From Octopus sinensis (Eukaryota), in assembly GCF_006345805.1 (NCBI RefSeq), contig NC_043011.1, positions 34,422,464 to 34,486,463 of the forward strand: DNA of 64,000 nt, in the 5' to 3' direction. How positions within the stretch are numbered: position 1 is the stretch's first letter; each line of letters opens with the position of its first letter. A program made the translations under genes and the position numbers. The notes under the pieces were generated by a model. That model was not told where the DNA came from, made no database searches, and saw nothing but the letters and a program-made list of their open reading frames with translations. This document shows, in pieces, positions 27,252 to 39,895 of this stretch.

Positions 27252-29727
27252 CTTCTTCTTCTTCTTCTTCTTCTTCTTCTTCTTCTTCTTCTTCTTCTTC
27301 TTCTTCTTCTTCTTCTTCTTCTTCTTTTGTTGTTGTTTAGCCCATGGTTTATTTACGGCAACCAAACTTGCTGATCGAAAAGCTTTCAAGCTGTGACCAT
27401 TTCGTTTTTTTTTTTTTCCTAGACACCGCTACGGAAAATGGGATTTTTTTCTAGCGGTGTCAAATGAAAATGTCACCCATAATTATGGCCCTAGTATCGA
27501 TCTATTGCATTTCAATCTATTTTAGATTTAGGGTTAGGGGTTGGGGAAAAGTATCTTTTTTTCTTCACAAATGTAAATAAACCCAATCTGTTTCTTAAAG
27601 GAGGGATGTATTCTTTATACACAGAATGTTATTTACCTAAATGGACGAATTTGATTGGTTAAAATTGCCGAAATGCTCGAAATTTCAGACGAAATATCTT
27701 ACAACCTATAGAATTTTCTCAGTAAAGCTAAGAAAAAAAATGATGTTTTATAAACACATTCTACCAGTATACGAAATTTAAAAGTGTCTAGTTAACTAGA
27801 AATTGTGTTGACATGTGCCGTTCAAAAGGAAAAGATCCAAAAATCCAATAGATGTGTTTGTCAGAGTGACTAACACATACACATGCAAACAGGTATAAAC
27901 ATGTGTCCACAGCTATTTTTTTTCATTATAAACTTTCTGTGTGTCCTTTCATCAAAGTGTATGTGCGAATGCGTGTGTCTGTGTATATACATACGCGCGC
28001 GCGCATGCACACACACACACACACATGTATACATGTATGTATTATGTATATGTATGTGTGCTCTCTTTTTTTCTGCATGTGTTTTATTACTTATCTGTCA
28101 GTTATTATTACTATAGAGTAGAATGAGGGTGATTGACATAAATACATGTCTGTATGTAAGTATAATATATGTGTGTGTTTATGTTTTCATATGTGTATGT
28201 ATTAGGCATATGCATGCACACACTCCCTTAAACGCACATACACATCAAAGATTTATGGTTTTACTTCTACTATGTCAACAAATTTCCTATGGCAACAGGA
28301 TTTATTGAGATTTATTGTTGTTAAAATAAAATTGAAATCAGTTCACTTGTACACACATATGCTGAAAAAGACTAAAGGAAATTCAGACAGAAACTAAATT
28401 TTTTAATTACATGTTCGATATACACAACTTGGTGTTTAATCCTAGATGGGACATAATTGAGTAGATCTTTACTTTAAACCAATCCAGTTATGACCATTCA
28501 CTTTTATTTTTTCCCAAGATAATGTATATAGAGTCAAATTATCTAATTTGCACTTCTTTTTGTTTGCACAATAGTGTCTGATTTATAGAAGATTTGCCTG
28601 CTCCTTCTTGTAGATTGAATGACTATGTAGAAGCACCCTTGTTGACTTAATAAGGAAGTATTTATTTCATCTGGTTGCAGAACAGTGGTTTGGCAGAATC
28701 AGTTAAGAGTTGGGCAGATCTTGCACTACTAAGTCAGGTTCTTTTTATATTCTGAGTTCAATGTCCACTAGATTTGACTTTACCTTTCTAATATTTGATA
28801 AAATAAGTAAGGTTCCAGTAAACTACTGGTATCAGATTAAGTGTCTTTAATCCTGCTGACTGTAATTTAAGTCCATGTATTTAGTCAGTACCGTCTTAAG
28901 GTATGGGCACACTGGGCAGTAACCCAGAGGCCCCGCGGATCTGGGGGCTTTATTCTGAACTATGTATGCTGTAGTTTGCTGTCAATAAGTAAATGCTGTA
29001 GGGCCCAGTGTATAGATTTGCCCAGGGGCCTATAAAGCTACTAAGACAGCCCAATGCTTAGATTCGAAATCCTTTTATTTGGTTAAGATGCATCACAGCT
29101 CTCACTTGCATTGTCTTATTTTTGAAAGAGAAAGAAATTCATAAACAGGGTGGTCAATACAGGAACATATTGGATTATGGTGTCTGCTCATCTACACCTA
29201 AGCAACAACAACCATAGCAGCACTAGCAATTGCAACTACTACTGTAACAACAACAGTGAGAGCAGCAGCAGCAGCAGTGTCAAATGGCATAGTTGACATT
29301 TTGAATGTATGAATGGTATAGACTGGTATAGCGGGGTGTGGGATAAATATCATCAGATAAAGTATGTTGAAGTAGTACAGCATTTGTTACTTGGCCTGTG
29401 TCACATCTATCAGTGATACAGCTGAGTGTGTCTTTGACACTTGTTGTTCCTGAAAGATAGCAAATATAATATTTATAGTATCAAAAAAAAAAAAAAATAA
29501 ATAAATAAAAAGAGAGAGAGAGAGAGAGAGAGAGAAAGAAAGAAAGGTATGGTTCCTATTAATAACTACTAATATTACACTTGAAAATGCATCATTCATT
29601 TCTGCCATAATAGAAACCAAATATCTATTTTATCTTACTGTTATATATTATGTATGCGTGTGTGTGTGTGTGTGTGTGTGTCTGTGTCTGTGTGTATATA
29701 CATACACACACACACACACACACACAG

Positions 29728-29787
<60 letters not shown>

Positions 29788-29878
29788 TTATTTATACACA
29801 TACACACATGTGAGTGTTTGTGTGTGTGTATATATATATATATGTATTTATTTATACACATACACACATGTGAGTGTT

Positions 29879-29915
<37 letters not shown>

Positions 29916-32900
29916 TCACACATACATGTGTGCATTCACACACACCACACACACACACACACACACGCATGTACATTTGATAGTCTAGCGGTGAGGTGGC
30001 AGATTTCTTAGTTTGTTGGCAAGAATGCTTGCAGTGTCTTTTGTGACTCAGCTCTCTGAGTTCAGATCTCACTGAGGTCAACTTTAGCTTTCATCATTTT
30101 AGCATAAGATTAACAACAGAGTATCAATCAAGAAGGCGTGGGTTGAGGGAATTGTTATGACATGAAATGAAATACTCCATATAGTATCTTTTCTAGTTCT
30201 ATGCATTCTGTGTTCAAATACAGCCAGCTGCTATAAACAGATTGGCTGCTCATTGCTCAGTTTGATGTAAACAACTCTGATGAGATGCCAGGAAGGTTTG
30301 AAAACCAATTAAGGCTTTTCATCATTTCTCAATCTATGGAGAAATAGCTAAATCAACCTTGTTTATATAGCTCTCTCTATATAAACGGCAGTTTGTCTGT
30401 GTGTGTGTCTGTCAGGTTGTACCCTCACCCTGACCACGGCTTTCAACCGATTCTGATGAAACTTGACACACACATAGCCCAATGTCATAATTCAAAACTA
30501 ATGCAGCAAAAATTTTGAAAAGTTCCCCCAGTTCTGAAAAAAATCGATAAATTCGACATGGGGTCGAGAATCAGAAACACAAACCACAGACTGTCTAGGG
30601 GACGCAACTCGACCTTTTTAACTAAAAAAAAATTTACCATAATTTTTTTCCCATTTTTTTTGCTATTTTTTGGCTATAACTCTCTAAAAATGCTTTATAG
30701 TTATTTCCCTTACAAACCCGAGCAACGCCGGGCAATACTGCTAGTCTACTATATAGGTTACACACACATGTTCCAATACCCTAGTTATATCTAGTGACAG
30801 TTATAGTTTTTCTTTTTGGTAAAACATTGCACATGGCTGTTTATCTTAATTTTTTTTTATATACACATTAGTGATTTACTAAATCATCCATAGATTTTTA
30901 TGGTGGATACATATGTAGCTACTGACAGAAAATTAAGTCTGGAATCAGCTGAGTCGAGTGGTCCCTACTGATGAGTCTATGGAATTAGCTGAAACTGACT
31001 GGTCAGTATAGGGAACTCTCGACTGGTGCTTTCGGGCGATTACAGTCCTTGTCAGTACATATCTATACAATTATGTGCTTTAACTACAGCATTAGAACTT
31101 TTTAGCTCTTATTTCTAGTAATGTAAGTGTTCTAACACCCTTGTCATATTTAGTGACAATTATAGTTTTTCCTTTTGGTAAAACATTGCACCCTGCTGTC
31201 TTTATTAATTACATATATATACACACACTACATTCTAGGTGTGTTTGTGGCATTGTTAGCTAACTCCTCCAACATCATTTTATCAATTTTGATGAAACTT
31301 GACATGTGAGTAGAAATGTATAGAAACCTCATGGCATACTCAGATTGTTGAAAAATTCGATAATTGGGCCCCTGGAGGGGATCCTTATATATCTAATATA
31401 TTTTATTTTAAAAGCCAAGGGAAATAACCCACTTGCTCCTGGAAGGGATCCTTATATATAGCCAAGTGAAATAACCCATTCATTTTCCTAAATTATTTGG
31501 TAAAAATGAAATTGAGTATGCTTATTTCTTAGTATTTGAACTGTTAGAGTTATTTTTGAAATTTATCCAGTACAACCCTTAAACAAGTAAATAGTGTATT
31601 CCTAAACAATAGATCCACTTATTTCGATTAGTAACTTATTCACAAATATACCAACACTAGTGCCCCTGGGGGTAATATTCTCTGGGAACACACAAAAGCC
31701 CTTTCCAGAATTATTTACTTTGAATTATTATCCCATATCTGATTAGCCTGTTATTACGTAACATACTTTACAATTTTAGTATATATACCTTATTAGTATT
31801 TCTTCCTATGTTCTATATACTCTGGGAATGCATTAAAGCTCTTTTGGGGGGCAACTTTATTTGAATTCTTACTATCGGGTAACTAATTTCATGTTATTGC
31901 ATAACCGACTTCACAATTTGAGTATTCATAACTTATTGGGAATTCCTAAAAACAAGATCCTGTGTAAGAAAGTTTGGTATTCTCTGTAAATGCACAAAAA
32001 CCATTTTAAGGGCTACATACTTTGTATTGTTATTGGATTAGCAAAAAATTATGAGAACATAACCAAGAGATAAACCCACTTTCCCAGGAATTACCAGGTA
32101 CGTCAGCTAGTATATATATGTATGTATGTATATATGGGTAATATTTAACCCCGTTTAAAAGTGGATGTTGTGTTAGTTACCATGAGAGAAACATATTGGC
32201 TTTAATAGTAGTATAATAATATATCTCATGATAATATATATATACGCATGTGTATGTGTGTATATATATGTATATGTTTGTATCATCACTATAAAAACTA
32301 GAAAAGAAATTTCTGGTATGGAAGCACAGACTGGAATCAAAGGGCCTTAGAATTTAATTAGAAGACCAAAATCTTGATAAGTAGGAAAACAGACAAATCA
32401 CAGATCCATTCAGGGGGATGGGCTTGCTTGATTTGTAGAAAAGGTGTTGGGAGAAACTCTATATTGTGTACTCAGTGCAAGCTATGGACATATAAGAGGT
32501 GCAGCAATATTACTGGAAGACTAACAGAGGAAGTAGTCTTTACATGTGGCAGAGGTGCATGTACATTAAACACCAGGAATGTACAGAAAATAGGAGTATA
32601 CAGTTTCTATTACTTAGGTGACCAAGTTAATAGTGGGAGAGGTTGTTCTGAAAGCATAGCTGCCAGAATAAGGATAGGCAGGACAAAGTTCAGAAAGCTA
32701 CTACCTCTGTTAGTTACGAAGGGCCTCTCCCCCAGAGTGAAAGGCAGATTGTATGATGCCTGTGAATGAACAGCTATGCTACATGGCAGTGAAGCATGGG
32801 CTGTGACTACTGAGGGTATGCAAAGCTTTGAAAGAAATGAAACCAGTATGCTCTGCTGGATGGGTAATGTCAGTGTGCATTTACAACAGAGTGTAAGTAA

Positions 32901-33705
32901 TTTGAGAGAAAAACGGTGTACATATCATAAGATGTAGTGTGCAAGAGAGAAGACTGCACTGGTATGGACATGTAATGCATATGAATGAATGTATCAAGAG
33001 ATGCTGATCTCTAATTGCAGAGGGAGCATGTATAAGGGGTAGATCCAGGAAGATGTGGAACGAAGTGGTGAGAAAGGATCTACAGATGTTGGGACTTACA
33101 GAGGGGATGATAGGGGACTGAGACTTCTAGTGGTTTGCTGTGCTTGAGAAGACATGCCAAGCTAAGTAAAAGCATGATTGTCCTTGTATACAGGTTTGTC
33201 CCCTGCAACCCTCTCCAGCTGAGCATTCCTAATCTTGCGGGCTCATGGGTCCTGGTGTCACATAAAAATCACCCTTGTCAGTGTCACATAAATGCTCCCA
33301 TGACTGTGCTGTGTAAAAGCACCCAGTACACTCTGTAGAGTGTTTGGTGTTAGAAAGGCATCCAGCTGTAGAAACAATGCCACAACAGACAAGGAGCCTG
33401 GATAGCTTTTCAGCTCCTGTTAAACTGTCCAATCCATGCCATCATGGAAAACAAATGTTAAATGAGATGATGATGACGACGATGTATGTATGTATGTTCT
33501 ACAGAATACGAGTAAATTAGTTCACCAAAAAAGAGAAGACTATCCTAACAAGCTGAAGAAAATATTTAACACAAACTGGAAAAAAAATTTGAGTTAATGA
33601 CTATTGTTTATGTGGTAGAAATGGAACAGAGTACTATGTTACTGTGATGGCACAAGGCCAATTAATGTGATGGTAAAGTAATGGAAGGAGGCAAGTTATG
33701 TACGT

Positions 33706-33745
<40 letters not shown>

Positions 33746-34971
33746 TTGGGGTAGGCAAAATAACAAAGAACTTCAATTATTATCATGATGATGATGAGGA
33801 TGATTAGTGATAATAACCATAGTGAGTGATGATAATGGTGATGATGACGATGTTGATGATAATGACGATGATGATGATGATGATGATAAAAGTTTCTTAG
33901 CATACCAATTAGCTGTATTTGCTATACAAAAATAAAACAAGTCAATAAACAAATATATAAAAATAAATCAAAAAGTAAATTAGATAACCAGAGGCCAATC
34001 TGAAATGTTGAAGTGTCGAAAGCTTCCATTTGTCATCTCAGCTAGGTGTGAAGTGGCTTTTCAAATCCAGCAGCTGCAGTAAGGGTAATACGTGTAGATG
34101 TGTGTATGTGTGTATCTATATATATATTCAATATGGGATCGCATGTGTATAGTTGGCGATTTTCTTTCTCCGTTTTCCCATCCTTGGACTTTTCCTTTTT
34201 CTATGTTTCTGACGAAGAGCTCTGCTCAAAATGTTAAATCCTCCTTCCTTCTTTCCTTTCCTGAGCTTCCAATAACACTATACTTGTTCCATGTCCCTGC
34301 GTTGTTGTGTTTTCTCTTTGTTCATGTTTGGATTAACTGTATATACACACACACACACACATATTGGATAATAAAATGAATGGTTTACACTTGATAGCTT
34401 ACTGGTAAAGCATGGTCACTTTCACAGTGATCGTTATGTATATGGCAAATGAAAGATGGAAGATAGAATATATGAGGATTTATCATTAATCACAACAATT
34501 GTTTCGACGCATCTAACATTGATTCCTCATGGGTGGGACACTAAACAACTGGTTGAGGAGCATCTGGCCATACAGATGTATCTCAGTGATGGATAAATAG
34601 ACACAACTTGTTAAAATAAAAGTTCCACAATGTAACTTCTCATTCTGTAGAAAGAAAAGCAGCCAGATGGAGGAAATATCTTTATTTACGTAGAAGATCA
34701 AAAAGAAAATCACAGAAGGAGAAAGAGAAATTAACATACAATGCAGCAAGAAAAGTATTAGAAATAATTTTTAACAAATAGGAGTGGCTGTGTGGTAAGT
34801 AGCTTGCTAACCAACCACATGGTTCCGGGTTCAGTCCCACTCCGTGGCATCTTGGGCAAGTGTCTTCTGCAATAGCCCTGGGCCGACCAATGCCTTGTGA
34901 GTGGATTTGGTAGACAGAAACTGAAAGAAGCCTGTCGTATATATGTATATATATATATATATTATATATAT

Positions 34972-35032
<61 letters not shown>

Positions 35033-35436
35033 TTGTCCCCCTAGCATTGCTTGACAAGCGATGCTGGTGTGTTTACGTCCCCGTCACTTAGCGGTTCGGC
35101 AAAAGAGACCGATAGAATAAGTACTGGGCTTACAAAGAATAAGTCCTGGGGTCAATTTGCTCGACTAAAGGCGGTGCTCCAGCATGGCCGCAGTCAAATG
35201 ACTGAAACAAGTAAAAGAGTAAAGAGTAAAAGAGAGTATAAACGCTCTTGGTACATTTATATACAAGATTTGTACTCATACAGAGATTCATCAATGGGCA
35301 CTTTGATTTTTCTCTGCATCTGCATTTATTGTATTTATTTGTATACAAGACAGTCCCGACTCCATTTACTGACATTGTTACCATGCTAGCTGTATTATAA
35401 ATATTTCTACTATTATATATGTGTGTGTATGTGTAT

Positions 35437-35491
<55 letters not shown>

Positions 35492-37104
35492 ACTATATGG
35501 CAGGCTTCTGTCAGTTTCCATCTACCAAATCCACTCACAAGGTTTTGGCTGGTCTCAAAGTGCCACACAGTGGGACTGAATCCATAACCATTATGTCAGG
35601 AAGCAAACTTCACGTCTAAACCTTGTCATGCTTCCACATCAATAACAACCACAACAATGACAAACAGTAATAATCAATAACAACAATAAAAATAGAATGA
35701 ACCAGAACCACAGCAAGAACACAGCCAAGAACACCAATGACGTCCACAACAGTAACAACAGTTGCACATTTATTGACCTAAGTCAATGAAGTTACCTTTA
35801 CATGGTCACTTGACATGCTAGAAATAGCAGCCAAACCTCCCCTATCTTACACTACCTTACTTTTGTATGATGAACACATTAGATAATGTACACCTAGATA
35901 TACTCTCCCCTGCCATACACCGCCCCCCTACACTCACACAAATCAGGATGGGCATGTTTGGAATGTTATTGATCATATGCCTGCTTTGATCAGAGCAAAC
36001 CTGGAGCTAAACATCATCTTCAGTAACTAGAATAATGCGTAACAAGGGAACTGCTTTGTGGTTGCTTGATGCTAGAAATAGCAGCTAGATTTCCCTTTAA
36101 TGAACACACAGCCTACTTGAAAAAGGACTTGTTGGATAATGTGGTGTTGGGTGTCCTTTGCATAGGGGAAAATGATGGAATAGGACGGGATGGTCACGGT
36201 TGGAATGCCTTTGAACCTACTTTGCTCAATTAGTGTTGACTTGGGACTAAACAACATCAACAGCAGCAAGACTGTCTACAACAACAACAACAACAACAGG
36301 ATGACTAACTACAGCAACAATAGCACAACTACTACAACATGCATATTTATAATGCAACAACACCAACATCAATAACATAAATAATAACAAGAACAACTGT
36401 ATGACCAACTACAACAACAGCATCAACAATAACAACAAAGCTCCTGATATATTGGAGAAATTAATTAACACATGCTGACTATAATAACCCTGGTTAGATC
36501 TGGTTCTAGTGGTTGCTAATCCTTCCAGCTTATTAAATACCTGTTTGAACCAGTTCAGACAGGTCTATGGTTGCCTGATGACGAGAAAAGGTTTATGGCG
36601 GAAACCAGTAATTTATGTCAGTGATGGATGTCTTAGAGTTCAAGGGGTCATTTTTATTTAGAAGGGGAAATATCAATGCTGAAAACCCCTTAATTATAAT
36701 TGGCAGAATTGTTAGAATGTTGGACAAAATACTTTGGGGTACTTAGTTCTGTCTGCATTCTGCGCTCAAATCCCTTTGCGGTTAACTTTGCCTTTCATCC
36801 TTCTGGGTTTTGCTTTTATCTTTTATCTTGTACTTGTTTCACTCATTGAGCTGTGGCCATGCTGGGGCATCGCCTTGAAGAGTTTTAGTTGAATAAATCA
36901 ATCCCAGTGCTTCTTTTTCTTTTCTATCTGTCTCTTGCCAAACTGCTAAGTTATGGGAACATAAACAAACCAGTACTGGTTATTAAGCAGTGGGAGTGAG
37001 GACAAACACACACACACACACACTGTTGAATGCTTCAGCTCCAAACTCCACTTTTCACAATGATTGTGCCTCTTACCATGCTGTCTGTGATCGATTGGAT
37101 TTTT

Positions 37105-37148
<44 letters not shown>

Positions 37149-37205
37149 CATACCATACATACATACATATATAATATACATACATACATACATATATATA
37201 TATAC

Positions 37206-37238
<33 letters not shown>

Positions 37239-37248
37239 GGTATGTATG

Positions 37249-37283
<35 letters not shown>

Positions 37284-38530
37284 TGAGTTGCTGAAACCCC
37301 CTTTGGTCATGTCTGACCATGGGATTGTACCTAGAAAGTTCCATTCCAAGGCATATGTCTGAGCAAAGTTGTTTTATGGAAGACCAGCAGTTGCCCAGGC
37401 ATACCGGCTTCCCCTCTCCATGCCACCGGTGTTATCCAAAAGAAAGGCAAAGGCTAATATAGATTGGCATCACCAACGTCAGAACTCATTTCTACAGCTG
37501 AGTGAACTAGAGCAACATGAAATAAAGTGTCTTGCTCAAGAATACAACACACAGCCCAGTTAGGAATTCAAACTCAAAACCTCACGATCGTAAGCCCGAC
37601 ACTCTAACCACTGAGCCATGTGCCTTCACATATATACATATATTAAAGAAAAATTTAATTGGTGAAAATTTAATTGGTGAAAATGCGCCAGGGTCAGCAT
37701 TGCCTTTCATCTTTTCAAGGTTGATAAAATAAGCACCAATTGAGCACTGGGGTCAATCTAATTAACTTAGCCCCTCCCACGAAATTGCTGGCCTTGTTCC
37801 AAAATTTGAAACCATTAGTGTGTTAGAATTTTGGCATTGGTTTGTCAGAATTGGCCTCCTTGTGACATTTAGTTGACCTCACTTTTAAATGGTTTGAGGT
37901 ACAAATCCTATGAGGGTTAGTGCTGGCTCTGATTTTTGTTTGGGGTGGGGGTGAGGGATCAATAAAAGTAAATACCAGTCAATTTGTTTGATTAAACCCT
38001 TCAAGGCAGTGAACCAGCTTGAGTACCTTGGTCCTTCTATATGACTTAATCTATTTTGGTCCTTCTCTCCCCAGGTACAATATGTAAACATGCCGAAACC
38101 TGTGCACAGTGTTTCACTTTGCACAAAGATTGCACCTGGTGTGCAGATGAGGTAAGGATATTTTTTTTGTTTGATTTCTTAGTTTATATTTTTATTTGGT
38201 TTTGTAATTTGTGCTCTGAGGTTTATTAGTTTTCTTTTATATGTTATTCTTCAAAGTAAATGAATTTTGTTTTTGTGTTTTTTTTTTTTGGTTTGCCAAA
38301 ATAACTGCTTGCTTAACATAAGTATAATCCCACAAGCACACACAAACATTTTTGTGCATGTGCTCACACAAAACGCATAAATAATAAACATATACATGTC
38401 TGTATACACACACACAACACACACACACACACACACACACACATTGTTGAATGCTTCAGCTCCAAACTCCACTTTTCACAATGATTGTGCCTCTTACCAT
38501 GCTGTCTGTGATCGATTGGATTTTTCACAT

Positions 38531-38580
<50 letters not shown>

Positions 38581-38629
38581 ATATATACATACATACATAT
38601 ATATATATACATACATACATATATATATA

Positions 38630-38665
<36 letters not shown>

Positions 38666-38677
38666 TAGGTATGTATG

Positions 38678-38728
<51 letters not shown>

Positions 38729-39852
38729 TGAGTTGCTGAAACCCCCTTTGGTCATGTCTGACCATGGGATTGTACCTAGAAAGTTCCCTTCCAAGGCATA
38801 TGTCTGAGCAAAGTTGTTTTATGGAAGACCAGCAGTTGCCCAGGCATACCGGCTTCCCCTCTCCATGCCACCGGTGTTATCCAAAAGAAAGCAAAGGCTA
38901 ATATAGATTGGCATCACCAACGTCAGAACTCATTTCTACAGCTGAGTGAACTAGAGCAACATGAAATAAAGTGTCTTGCTCAAGAATACAACACACAGCC
39001 CAGTTAGGAATTCAAACTCAAAACCTCACGATCGTAAGCCCGACACTCTAACCACTGAGCCATGTGCCTTCACATATATACATATATTAAAGAAAAATTT
39101 AATTGGTGAAAATTTAATTGGTGAAAATGCGCCAGGGTCAGCATTGCCTTTCATCTTTTCAAGGTTGATAAAATAAGCACCAGTTGAGCACTGGGGTCAA
39201 TCTAATTAACTTAGCCCCTCCCACGAAATTGCTGGCCTTGTTCCAAAATTTGAAACCATTAGTGTGTTAGAATTTTGGCATTGGTTTGTCAGAATTGGCC
39301 TCCTTGTGACATTTAGTTGACCTCACTTTTAAATGGTTTGAGGTACAAATCCTATGAGGGTTAGTGCTGGCTCTGATTTTTGTTTGGGGTGGGGGTGGGG
39401 GTGAGGGATCAATAAAAGTAAATACCAGTCAATTTGTTTGATTAAACCCTTCAAGGCAGTGAACCAGCTTGAGTACCTTGGTCCTTCTATATGACTTAAT
39501 CTATTTTGGTCCTTCTCTCCCCAGGTACAATATGTAAACATGCCGAAACCTGTGCACAGTGTTTCACTTTGCACAAAGATTGCACCTGGTGTGCAGATGA
39601 GGTAAGGATATTTTTTTTGTTTGATTTCTTAGTTTATATTTTTATTTGGTTTTGTAATTTGTGCTCTGAGGTTTATTAGTTTTCTTTTATATGTTATTCT
39701 TCAAAGTAAATGAATTTTGTTTTTGTGTTTTTTTTTTTTGGTTTGCCAAAATAACTGCTTGCTTAACATAAGTATAATCCCACAAGCACACACAAACATT
39801 TTTGTGCATGTGCTCACACAAAACGCATAAATAATAAACATATACATGTCTG

Positions 39853-39895
<43 letters not shown>

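Larger units (their letters stand above)
37010..39892. repeat. Tandem duplication of a ~1.45 kb unit (approx. 37024-38443 and 38445-39892) containing the PSI exon
   Basis: Near-identical units with only a few substitutions and indels plus microsatellite length changes; (CA)n tracts at all three junctions. Confidence 0.95.

Noticed and set aside
28886-29052. hAT/Tip100-like MITE
   Set aside because: TIR resemblance is only partial and there is no TSD, so it is not listed as a feature.
29357-29460. Candidate integrin exon 2 between the signal-peptide and PSI exons
   Set aside because: In-frame stops follow both candidate acceptors, and 27068 splices in frame directly to 38075.
29782-29901. 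60 bp tandem duplication (similar short duplications at 46855-46985 and 48350-48470)
   Set aside because: Slippage within or next to compound microsatellites; no further structure.
30275-30325. CTGATGA...GAAAA as another hammerhead (also 6420, 36575, and 16990 and 5652 on the minus strand)
   Set aside because: Stem II and/or stems I and III cannot be formed convincingly; these may be very decayed remnants but are unsupported.
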